Shown: positions 19,590 through 27,573 of the stretch, piece by piece | How the letters are laid out: each line of letters starts with the position of its first letter | Position numbering within the stretch: position 1 is the first letter of the stretch | Notes under the pieces: model-generated | The model's input: the letters and a program-made list of their open reading frames with translations, nothing else | Told to the model about the DNA's origin: nothing | The model's database searches: none | Made by a program: the position numbers and the translations under genes | From: a virus | Direction: 5' to 3' (one strand) | Length of the DNA stretch: 64,000 nucleotides | UHGV virus genome: UHGV-2031204

Positions 19590-20082
19590 CTTTAAACTCA
19601 GAGAGTTAGTACCACAGTCCTATATTGCCAAATACGGCGATTCTGCAATTCGGTTTATGAATCCGTTGCTAATGATTTCACTGCAACAGATTCGTAACCG
19701 TTTCGGTAGAATGGTGATTAACTCAACCGCCTCACAACAACGCGGACTAAGAACCTTAGATTTCTTTATTAATCAAGAAAAGCCTAAGGGCGGTAGTTAT
19801 AAACAACGTGCGTTACAGCTTTACGCCGATTCAGGAAGTCAACACAAGTTCGGTAACGCCATTGATGCAACGTTGTTGGACAGTACCGTAAAACAGGTTC
19901 ACGACTATATCGCTGCTAACCCTGATGAGTTTCCGTTCATTCACTTTATTGAATGTGACATCAGTTGGTTACACATCGACGTTCGTAACCAGCCTAACAT
20001 TACTTTCTGGTCACCAAATCGTGGTACTGTGAAAGTGGTTAAGCAAAAACCAATCGATTGGAGCGCCTTAGTCGAGATTTAA
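19567..20082 (+). CDS. Peptidase M15-like zinc cell-wall peptidase (possible L-Ala-D-Glu peptidase)
   Basis: SQHKFGNAIDAT (H-x6-D) and WLHIDVR zinc-ligand motifs; ATG 19567 after RBS GGGAGGGAAG. Confidence 0.7.
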   Translation: MFHPNPSNFKLRELVPQSYIAKYGDSAIRFMNPLLMISLQQIRNRFGRMVINSTASQQRGLRTLDFFINQEKPKGGSYKQRALQLYADSGSQHKFGNAIDATLLDSTVKQVHDYIAANPDEFPFIHFIECDISWLHIDVRNQPNITFWSPNRGTVKVVKQKPIDWSALVEI

Positions 20083-20167
20083 CTATTTCTAAGGCGTTTA
20101 TACCTTATTTTGTATAAAGACGCTTAGAATGCGTTTTACGCACGATTTGGCGGTTAAAATGAATATA

Positions 20168-20199
20168 CCCTACTCCTTAATAGGAGTAGGGTAGTTTTT
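20168..20199. terminator. Terminator between convergent genes
   Basis: CCCTACTCC-TTAAT-AGGAGTAGGG plus T-run; same stem family as 61200 and 61811. Confidence 0.65.
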
Positions 20200-20680
20200 A
20201 TTGTTCCGCAGGATGGAGCATTGTTCCAGTGTCAGGCGCTACACCTTCAATACAGCGGAAGAACGTAATGCCTTTACCATCACCCGTTTTATATTCTAAA
20301 GTAGAATACGCAAACGTTGGTGTTTTTGAAAGTAAACCGTTTACACGGTAATAACGTTGTCCTGTGATAGGATCAATATTCCCATTGACTTTACCTAATA
20401 AATCTTTATAAAGTTGGGGCGACTCAATCTTACCATTTGGCCAAGTGGCTACCCAATTAGCACCAGTATCGACTACGGTTACTGAACCTAACATGAGGTT
20501 AGTCGAACTGACGACAGGTTTGTAATTTGCAAAATCTTGCTCTACGCCCATACAGGTGTAAATAACCATGTCGTGTGGTTCCACCGGCACAGTCGAGAAT
20601 TGACCGTTAGCGGTGGGTTGTAAAGCACATCCTGCTAATGAAAAAACACCAACCATAACGGTAAGAAAACGCTTTATCAT
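20198..20680 (-). CDS. Lipoprotein (signal peptide with lipobox LAG-C), opposite-strand moron
   Basis: MIKRFLTVMVGVFSLAGC…; ATG 20680 after RBS AAGGTGA; track start GTG 20689. Confidence 0.65.
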   Translation of the reverse strand: MIKRFLTVMVGVFSLAGCALQPTANGQFSTVPVEPHDMVIYTCMGVEQDFANYKPVVSSTNLMLGSVTVVDTGANWVATWPNGKIESPQLYKDLLGKVNGNIDPITGQRYYRVNGLLSKTPTFAYSTLEYKTGDGKGITFFRCIEGVAPDTGTMLHPAEQ

Positions 20681-20821
20681 ACTTTTCACCTTTTTTATAA
20701 AAAGTTAAAAAAAAATATTTTTACAGACAAGCCTTACTGCCGTCTGTCATAACAATTAACACCACTTCTATAATCCGAACAATACTATGCAATCCACCCT
20801 GCCAACCACGAGGTAAATACG

Positions 20822-21361
20822 ATGGCTAAGGCTTTTCAACAGCAACTTATTGACGCCGTTAATGCCAAAAACGGTTCCCTGGAACACCAACTGACTGTTG
20901 GAGATGTTAATTTCGGTACTGTAGAACTTTATAGTCCTTCTGGCGAAGACGACAACCGTAACACTAAAGTTGTCCTGACCGCAAAAGACGAAAGCGCTAA
21001 CTTTACCGGAAGCAAAGAGTTCCATTATATCCGTCTGGTCGCTGAATCTTTAATCGGTGTGAAAACCGTTACCGATGCAACTACAGATGTCGCTAACGAT
21101 GTTATCGTAGCTGCTCTGAATGCCGACATGATTACTAAAGGTTATGTCAATGATGCCTTTACCGCTGAAGAACTGGAAATCCAGAAAACTGATGCAGGTG
21201 AAGGCGGTTTCAACTATACCGTTCAGGTAAAAGAAGGTCATATCAAGTTCCAGGCTGGTATGATCGCAAACTACCAGTACCGTGTACCGGCTCCTCCGAA
21301 GGTAGCTCTGGACGGCCTGGACGGTGAGCTTGACGGCTTCAATGCAGAAGCGGTTATGTAA
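20822..21361 (+). CDS. Paralog-family member (family of 16793/17655/21430)
   Basis: 179 aa; …NTKVVLTAKDESANFTGSKEFHYIRL…GELDGFN. Confidence 0.55.
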   Translation: MAKAFQQQLIDAVNAKNGSLEHQLTVGDVNFGTVELYSPSGEDDNRNTKVVLTAKDESANFTGSKEFHYIRLVAESLIGVKTVTDATTDVANDVIVAALNADMITKGYVNDAFTAEELEIQKTDAGEGGFNYTVQVKEGHIKFQAGMIANYQYRVPAPPKVALDGLDGELDGFNAEAVM

Positions 21362-21369
21362 GTTAAATC

Positions 21370-21394
21370 GGGGGGGGGGGTAACCTCCCCCGAT
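21370..21394 (+). terminator. G11 tract plus CCTCCCCC stem element
   Basis: CGGGGGGGGGGG-TAAC-CTCCCCCG directly after stop; related to element at 90-118. Confidence 0.4.
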
Positions 21395-21429
21395 ATTTCT
21401 CTAACTCGTATTATTAAGGACCTAAGATA

Positions 21430-21960
21430 ATGGCCGCTACTAACCAGATGATGTTGGTCGCGCTTTATAATGCTGCTAACACTGAGCTACCACATCAGAT
21501 TACTGATAAAGAAGTGTCCTTTGGTCTCCCTACTGCGCTGGAGGGCGAAAGTAAGAATACCAAAGTTACCATGACTGCACTACCAGGTTCTGAGAATTTC
21601 AAAGGTGCAATCGAACTGCATTACGATCGTCTGGAACCGGGTGTTGTAGGACGTATTGAACTAACTGACGATCTGTCTCGTTGGGAAGATCAAAACGAAT
21701 TGCGCGCATGGTTACAATATTACATCAACAAAGTAAAACCTGACGATGCTATCGCACCAGCTGACGTTTCTTATTCTACCGAAGACCAGAAAGACGAACA
21801 TGAAAACGTCACTCTGCGTACGGTAACGTGCACCGTTACTGAAAAGAACCTCCGTTATAAACCGGGCGTAATGGCAACTTTCGTAATTACACCGAAAGTT
21901 GTTGATAATCGTATTGACCTGGCCACCACCAACGGTGAGCTGGACGGTTTTACGTCCTAA
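21430..21960 (+). CDS. Paralog-family member
   Basis: 176 aa; …NTKVTMTALPGSENFKGAIELHYDRL…GELDGFT. Confidence 0.55.
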   Translation: MAATNQMMLVALYNAANTELPHQITDKEVSFGLPTALEGESKNTKVTMTALPGSENFKGAIELHYDRLEPGVVGRIELTDDLSRWEDQNELRAWLQYYINKVKPDDAIAPADVSYSTEDQKDEHENVTLRTVTCTVTEKNLRYKPGVMATFVITPKVVDNRIDLATTNGELDGFTS

Positions 21961-21973
21961 GAAAAAATAAAAA

Positions 21974-22013
21974 TACCTACCTCCCGTAATAGGAGGTAGG
22001 TATACTTTTTTTT
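21974..22013. terminator. Bidirectional terminator between convergent gene blocks
   Basis: TACCTACCTCC-CGTAAT-AGGAGGTAGGTA flanked by A-run and T-run. Confidence 0.7.
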
Positions 22014-22022
22014 CGCTGTCGA

Positions 22023-22694
22023 TTACAGCCCTTGCTCTAACGCAAACGCTTTTATCGAATCGTAATCACGTGCTTCAGCCCAAGCCCTGACTTCTCTCTT
22101 CTGCTCAGACATTGCGTGGTGTAATCTTTGATCGCGCTCAACGATTGCTGCCAGCAACGTCTTGCACTGTTCTAACGTAAACGGTTCGATACGGGTGTTG
22201 TTAGCCGTTAACCAATACGCTGGCGCAGTTTCTGACTGGATATAACGACTCAGTGCTACCTGTGACTTCTCATCTGCCTGGAAAGTGAAATCACCTACCT
22301 GAATCTCAGCATAGCGCGCATCCTGATAACGGAATTCCAAAGCGCTTAGAATTTTCTGAACATCGGTAAAGATATACCGCACCGTGGAACGTAAACCTGT
22401 ACGAATTTCTTCCAGGTCAATCCCCAACGTGTCGTTAACAAAGTCTTTCGCTTTCTGTAGCGTAAACCGTGCTTCGATTTCAGACATGTCGTAGTTACGC
22501 ATTTGTTCCAATGCTTCGCGATCAGACATCCCATCAATCAGCTTATAGTGCAGTAACGCACAAAACCCTGTACGGCCGTGATCTTCGCTACCGATTTTCT
22601 CCATGTAGTTACCATGACGGTCAATCGGTAAATCATGCGCAAAATAACGGCGACGGATTTCTTCTTTCGTTAAGCCTTCACCAGTAGCAGACAT
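22023..22694 (-). CDS. Hypothetical protein, last gene of the radical-SAM operon
   Basis: 223-aa ORF overlapping upstream gene by 25 nt. Confidence 0.5.
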   Translation of the reverse strand: MSATGEGLTKEEIRRRYFAHDLPIDRHGNYMEKIGSEDHGRTGFCALLHYKLIDGMSDREALEQMRNYDMSEIEARFTLQKAKDFVNDTLGIDLEEIRTGLRSTVRYIFTDVQKILSALEFRYQDARYAEIQVGDFTFQADEKSQVALSRYIQSETAPAYWLTANNTRIEPFTLEQCKTLLAAIVERDQRLHHAMSEQKREVRAWAEARDYDSIKAFALEQGL

Positions 22695-23242
22695 TCATCG
22701 TCTCCTTTAATCAACCCTAATTCGATTAACAGTTCAAAATCGATATGACGGAATCTTGTGTCGAAATCCGATTCCCAATCGATACGGATACCCTGGCATT
22801 CTTCTGGCGTTAGCTCAGGAAAAATCACGGTATTAAATTTCTCTCGCTCATCGTAAAACCCATCAATCGGTGAGTTCGGGTTACGTGTTGCGAAGATAGT
22901 AATGCCGGGGAAGGACAATGCCAACACAGTGATAGATTCTGCGCTGGGTTCGCTTAAAGAGCGGCGTAGAAACGCAATTTTGTGACGTGGGAAATCCAAT
23001 ACCCGTTCTTCAAACCCTGGGTTACGTTTTTCAATTTCCGCGACCGACAGGTCAGTAAGTTCGGTGCAGTACATTGGGATGATTACAGTCACGCCGTGAC
23101 GAATCAGTAAGCGTTTTACGTCATCGGTAAAATCTTCACCGTTAATCACCGCATAGCAACCGAATAGCTTACTGTTTTCCAGAAACTTATCCAGAAGTCG
23201 AATTCTACGCTTCGTAATATTGTTGATCAGAATTGGTTTCAT
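22670..23242 (-). CDS. Hypothetical protein in the radical-SAM operon
   Basis: 190-aa ORF; RBS AAGAGAAG; overlaps the 3' end of the upstream gene. Confidence 0.5.
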   Translation of the reverse strand: MKPILINNITKRRIRLLDKFLENSKLFGCYAVINGEDFTDDVKRLLIRHGVTVIIPMYCTELTDLSVAEIEKRNPGFEERVLDFPRHKIAFLRRSLSEPSAESITVLALSFPGITIFATRNPNSPIDGFYDEREKFNTVIFPELTPEECQGIRIDWESDFDTRFRHIDFELLIELGLIKGDDECLLLVKA

Positions 23243-24527
23243 CTTTGGCTTCTCTTAATAATTTTTCCTTTTGGGCACGTTCACGAACACAGCGTGGGCA
23301 ATAACACATACTCGTGTCGTGGAACGCTTTTGCTGACGTCGTACCCATCTTCTGTTTCCAGTATTCCGCCACCATCAGTTTCGCTGTCGTCCAGCCGCAC
23401 TGGCGTCGTTCAGCGTGATACGCTTTACGGTCTTCTAACGTTCCTTCCCCGTTCTCGTAAGAAGCCGCCGCACAGCTACCACAAGCGTGTTTCATCGGAC
23501 AACCTAAACAGGTTTCTGGGTAGTTGGTATATTGCGTTTGAATCTCTTCTAGCAGCTTACCGTTGTCCAGACTGACGAATTCCCGACCTACCAACTCAAA
23601 CACCGCAGAACGCGACGTTACCGTTGACATAAAGCGGTTACAGCCAAAGATCTTACGGTCAAATCCTAAGCACGTCATGTGCGTTAATGTCCCACAGAAC
23701 GGACGTAAGCGTTCTGGGTTCAACCGTACGGTGTCATTATACAGTAACTGGTCACGCCAGTTCGGTTCCCAAATCGTATCGAAATCCAACCCTTCTGGAA
23801 TGATGTGCGATAAGATATTACGTGGGTTGGTGTGTAATCCTTTCTCAACCCAGTAATCTATCACATCCATCATCTGTAAAGCGATTGACGTCGCCATGCT
23901 ACGTGGCATAACGTCTTCGAAAGTTACGTTTCCAGAAATTGTCCCACCGCCAGTAATGTCAATTAATGACTTCATCCCCGCAGCATAGAACGGCAGCGTT
24001 TCTAACGTAAAGGTTGCTTTTACGCCGAGCTCTGCAATGCCAACCTCTTTTAAGTAGTTATAGCCACGTACTGCGGCTTCGTAAGAACCCTGGCGTGTTG
24101 TTGTGAAGATACGATAACGGTCATGGGATTCAGGTAAGCCATCAATCGAAACCCCAACCGAAAGTTTATCTTTCCAACGTTCTACAATCTCACGGTTCAA
24201 CGGACGATCTAACAGCGTTCCGTTCGTGGAGATACTAAACATAAACGGTCGGTTGTGTTCTTTACACAACTGCTCAGCGGTTTCAAACGCAGCCAGCAGC
24301 AGTTTAGGCTGCATGAACGGTTCGCCACCGATAATGTCGATAATAACTTCAACATTCGGTTCGTTTTTATCGCGTTCAAAACAGGCGTGCAAGAAATCAA
24401 CAATATCTGCCGCTTTGTTGTTACGTGGGTACTTACGTTCGTAACAATATTCGCAGTCCAGGTTACATGAAAGGTTGGTTACGATCTGATACGTTAACTG
24501 CTTAGGGAATTCATTTACTTGACTCAT
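23205..24527 (-). CDS. Radical SAM enzyme with C-terminal SPASM-like Cys cluster
   Basis: CNLDCEYC (CxxxCxxC) near N-terminus; C-terminal cysteines CLGCPMKHACGSC…CGW…CYCPRC. Confidence 0.75.
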   Translation of the reverse strand: MSQVNEFPKQLTYQIVTNLSCNLDCEYCYERKYPRNNKAADIVDFLHACFERDKNEPNVEVIIDIIGGEPFMQPKLLLAAFETAEQLCKEHNRPFMFSISTNGTLLDRPLNREIVERWKDKLSVGVSIDGLPESHDRYRIFTTTRQGSYEAAVRGYNYLKEVGIAELGVKATFTLETLPFYAAGMKSLIDITGGGTISGNVTFEDVMPRSMATSIALQMMDVIDYWVEKGLHTNPRNILSHIIPEGLDFDTIWEPNWRDQLLYNDTVRLNPERLRPFCGTLTHMTCLGFDRKIFGCNRFMSTVTSRSAVFELVGREFVSLDNGKLLEEIQTQYTNYPETCLGCPMKHACGSCAAASYENGEGTLEDRKAYHAERRQCGWTTAKLMVAEYWKQKMGTTSAKAFHDTSMCYCPRCVRERAQKEKLLREAKDETNSDQQYYEA

Positions 24528-25434
24528 TTGCCGCCCCTCTATTACGCCCTGCCATCACTACGCGACGAATATATTCGTACGCCTCTACACCGATAGAGAA
24601 GGCCAGTTGGTTACATCCCGATTCCAGAACGTTAGGTGCATTCTGGAGTTGGTGCTCACCACCGTCTGCATTAATCCAAAGACTTTCGCTGCAAACGTTA
24701 CACCCTTCTTCAAACACTTTACTTACCGTAAAGCCACATTCACGACTATTTACTACATTCAGTCGTTCAATGTTGTCCTGAACCTGATAGTAGCCGTAAA
24801 TAAAGTTCATGACGTGGTCGGGCGATAAAGGTTTTGGCATTTTCGCATCTAAGAGTAACGTCATTGCACGGAAACCGTAATGGTAAATCGCGCTGTGCAG
24901 CTGAATAATATCTTCGTGCCAGCGTTTGTCCCCTAAACGGTCCCGTGTCAGGACACCCCAAGTCTGGACATTATCCAGCTCGTAGATCGTTTCCAGTGCT
25001 TCGTAACAGCCTTCGTCAATAAAGCGCATAAACGGGCGCTCAGACGACTTAAACCCATCGATGCTAACGTAGACATTGTCAAACTGTTTTAGCAACGGGA
25101 GATGCGATTTACGCATCTTTAAGCCATTGGTATACAACTGGTGTTTGAGTTCTGGACGAATCACTTTTAATTCGTCAACAAACGCCTCAATTTTACGGGT
25201 TGCCAGTAATGGCTCACCACCCGTCCACTGAATTTCGGTAATGGTTGGATTAGCTTCCAGCGCTTCCAAAATTCGCTCACGTTGAAACTCTCGCGGAGAA
25301 TCTTCACGATTCATGTAATAGGCTCCACCGCAGAAGCTACAGTCCAGGTTACACTTGGACGTAGCGACTACGGACAATACGGTGGGTTTATCGTATAAAC
25401 GATTCGATAACCTTGGTTCTGCATTGGTTGTCAT
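24511..25434 (-). CDS. Radical SAM enzyme (second maturase-like protein)
   Basis: CNLDCSFC motif; C-terminal CGF…CNVC…GCNQ cysteines; 17-nt overlap with downstream gene. Confidence 0.7.
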   Translation of the reverse strand: MTTNAEPRLSNRLYDKPTVLSVVATSKCNLDCSFCGGAYYMNREDSPREFQRERILEALEANPTITEIQWTGGEPLLATRKIEAFVDELKVIRPELKHQLYTNGLKMRKSHLPLLKQFDNVYVSIDGFKSSERPFMRFIDEGCYEALETIYELDNVQTWGVLTRDRLGDKRWHEDIIQLHSAIYHYGFRAMTLLLDAKMPKPLSPDHVMNFIYGYYQVQDNIERLNVVNSRECGFTVSKVFEEGCNVCSESLWINADGGEHQLQNAPNVLESGCNQLAFSIGVEAYEYIRRVVMAGRNRGAANESSK

Positions 25435-25455
25435 TGCAGGTGACTCCGGTCGTTT

Positions 25456-26343
25456 TTAAATATAATCAATGGCGAACAAAGGATCGTCGTCTACGTTAGC
25501 ACCAGGGGTTAACAAGAATGGAGAGTTATACGCTTCCAAAATACGGTTAAGGTCTTTATAACGGACATTTAAACGTTCTAAATCCGCTAACGTTACGTTA
25601 CGGTCCAACACCGCCGACACTGCTGCTTTCTCTTCGTCAGTTAACGTGACTTTCGTCATTAAGAAACTAACGAGTTTTGCCAGATCCGCTTCTGTTGACG
25701 GATGCTCGCCAATACGCGTTTGAATCAAATGCTGCATCCAAGGCTTACGGATGCGTTTTGTGATTTCGTGTTCATCCGTCAGGGCAACCCACACAGAACG
25801 TTCACGATCCCACACGAACTTATAGCTATACGCCATTAAATCCGCTAAGCAATTAATCCCTAACGCTTCGTACCCTTCAATTTCGATATACGATTCCGTA
25901 TCGAAATAGTTCTTCGTTTCTGGTGTTACCAGGGTAAAGAAATACGGGAACGAGCCTAAGTAATCCGGTGACCACCAACGACGGGCAACCGGTTTTGCGC
26001 CCATTTCTTCAAATGGGGTAAAGAACAATTCCATATCTACGGAGTTATTCAAAATCCCATCACTAAAGAAATATTTACCCGCAACCAGTTTACCACGCAA
26101 CTCGGAGTCACCGGTAAAGACCACTACACTTTCTGCCGACAGATCACGAATCTTAAACGTATTTTCTACACGATAGTTTTTACGATCGGTAAAGAAACGC
26201 CCGCGCACTTTAGGCCATTCGCCCGGCAACTGTGTCAACAGACGAACTTCGTCTGCTAAGTGTGCACGTACGGAATCAGGGGAAGAAATGTGAAGTGGAT
26301 GATTGAAAATTGTTTTGTACGCTAAATGTAAATCATTCTTCAT
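25456..26343 (-). CDS. Hypothetical protein, first gene of the enzyme block
   Basis: ATG 26343 follows GGAG; track start TTG 26355. Confidence 0.5.
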   Translation of the reverse strand: MKNDLHLAYKTIFNHPLHISSPDSVRAHLADEVRLLTQLPGEWPKVRGRFFTDRKNYRVENTFKIRDLSAESVVVFTGDSELRGKLVAGKYFFSDGILNNSVDMELFFTPFEEMGAKPVARRWWSPDYLGSFPYFFTLVTPETKNYFDTESYIEIEGYEALGINCLADLMAYSYKFVWDRERSVWVALTDEHEITKRIRKPWMQHLIQTRIGEHPSTEADLAKLVSFLMTKVTLTDEEKAAVSAVLDRNVTLADLERLNVRYKDLNRILEAYNSPFLLTPGANVDDDPLFAIDYI

Positions 26344-26492
26344 TGATTGCTCCAATTATTTCACGGTCAAACGGGCATTCAGGGTATAGAACCCACCGCG
26401 CCATTGCCTACCGGTAACTTGAAACTCAGTAGTAAACCCGTACGATTAACTCGGTTATTGCGTAATAGACATACTACCACTGGAGGGCTTAG

Positions 26493-26699
26493 TTACCTTC
26501 CCCCCGCACCTTTACTACAGCTACCACTGCACGACCAGCTACATCCGCCGTTACAGTTATAATGGCTTAAAGGTAAACCGGCAAGGTTATTGGTTGAAGA
26601 CACAGTGCCTTGGTTTGCAATATAGTTGTTTGCGTTAGCGGTCGTAATATACCCTTCCGCTGTTACTAACCGATCACGAAGGTTCTTAAGGCTAATCAC
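26493..26699 (-). CDS. Short Cys-repeat peptide 3 (precursor-like: leader plus short Cys core)
   Basis: GTG 26699 after RBS GGGAGGT; MISLKNLRDRLV…SHYNCNGGCSWSCSGSCSKGAGGR; track start TTG 26729 would overlap upstream gene. Confidence 0.5.
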   Translation of the reverse strand: MISLKNLRDRLVTAEGYITTANANNYIANQGTVSSTNNLAGLPLSHYNCNGGCSWSCSGSCSKGAGGR

Positions 26700-26701
26700 A
26701 A

Positions 26702-27100
26702 TTACCTCCCAGAACACCCACCAGAACAACTACCTGAGCAGCCTGCAGAACAGTTTCCTACACACGAGTTAGAACAACTCCCCGTACAGCTTCCTGAACA
26801 GCCACCAGAACAGGTATTCGAACATCCACTACAGCCTGCACTACAACCTGATACACAGTTTGCAGAACACGAAGAACCACAGCCGCCTGATGCGTTCCCT
26901 GTACAACCACCAGAACAGCTCGAACAGGTCCAGCTACAGCTCCCACCACAGTCGTAGTGGTTGCGAGCTTGCCCACCGAATAAGTCTGCGTTGTTCGTCG
27001 CTTTCCCACGAATATAGTTTTGCACTGCACCCGTATTCTTCAATGCAGTGTTGTCAATGTTATTTAGCCGCGCTTGTAGCGCAGGTAATCCAATTGCCAT
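26702..27100 (-). CDS. Cys-tetrad-repeat peptide 2 (precursor-like)
   Basis: RBS AAGAGGTGA; ~50-aa leader then …HYDCGGSCSWTCSS followed by ~19 C-[ST]-[GSN]-x repeats. Confidence 0.6.
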   Translation of the reverse strand: MAIGLPALQARLNNIDNTALKNTGAVQNYIRGKATNNADLFGGQARNHYDCGGSCSWTCSSCSGGCTGNASGGCGSSCSANCVSGCSAGCSGCSNTCSGGCSGSCTGSCSNSCVGNCSAGCSGSCSGGCSGR

Positions 27101-27110
27101 TTTTCACCTC

Positions 27111-27506
27111 TTAGGTTGGGCCAGAACAGCCACCAGAGCAAGCACCAGAACAACCCGTAGAGCAACGGCCCGAGCAAGCACCCCCACAGGTCCCACTGCA
27201 ACCTGAGCAGCCACCGGAACACGTTGAACTACATCCAGTACACTGGTTACCGCACGCAGAGGAGCAGCTACCTACACACACTGACGTACAGGTGCCCGAA
27301 CAACTCGTACAGCCATGCGTACAACCGTTTGAGCACGTCCAGCTGCAGCTCCCCCCGCAGTCTAACCGACTTGGCGTCCAACCCGAAAAAGTGTCGGCGG
27401 CATTATGTGCTTTCGACGCAACTTGCGGATCAACACGTGGGCCAGTTGCCATTTGGTTCTCTACGTTGGTGATTCGGTCACGTACATTTTTAACACTGAT
27501 CGCCAT
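27111..27506 (-). CDS. Cys-tetrad-repeat peptide 1 (precursor-like)
   Basis: ATG 27506 after RBS AAGGA; leader …SRLDCGGSCSWTCSNGC then 21 Cys at period-4 spacing. Confidence 0.6.
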   Translation of the reverse strand: MAISVKNVRDRITNVENQMATGPRVDPQVASKAHNAADTFSGWTPSRLDCGGSCSWTCSNGCTHGCTSCSGTCTSVCVGSCSSACGNQCTGCSSTCSGGCSGCSGTCGGACSGRCSTGCSGACSGGCSGPT

Positions 27507-27573
27507 CACGTATCCTTAAAATAAAAAAGAATGGAGGACTACGCCCATAAGCATAGTTCCTCCTGTAATAAAG

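Noticed and set aside
23205-25434. Radical SAM genes as 7-deazaguanine (QueE-like) or anaerobic RNR activase (NrdG-like) enzymes
   Set aside because: Both are longer than those enzymes, one carries a SPASM-like Cys cluster, no QueC/QueD/FolE or NrdD partners are adjacent, and Cys-repeat peptides are. Not excluded without a profile search.
26758-27519. Track ORFs on both strands within the Cys-repeat region (26758..27030, 26860..27114, 27224..27472, 27292..27519); also considered as a possible CRISPR-like repeat array
   Set aside because: The DNA repetition is imperfect codon-level repetition of Cys-Ser-Gly tetrads with no repeat-spacer periodicity; the alternative frames lack RBSs and overlap ORFs that have them.
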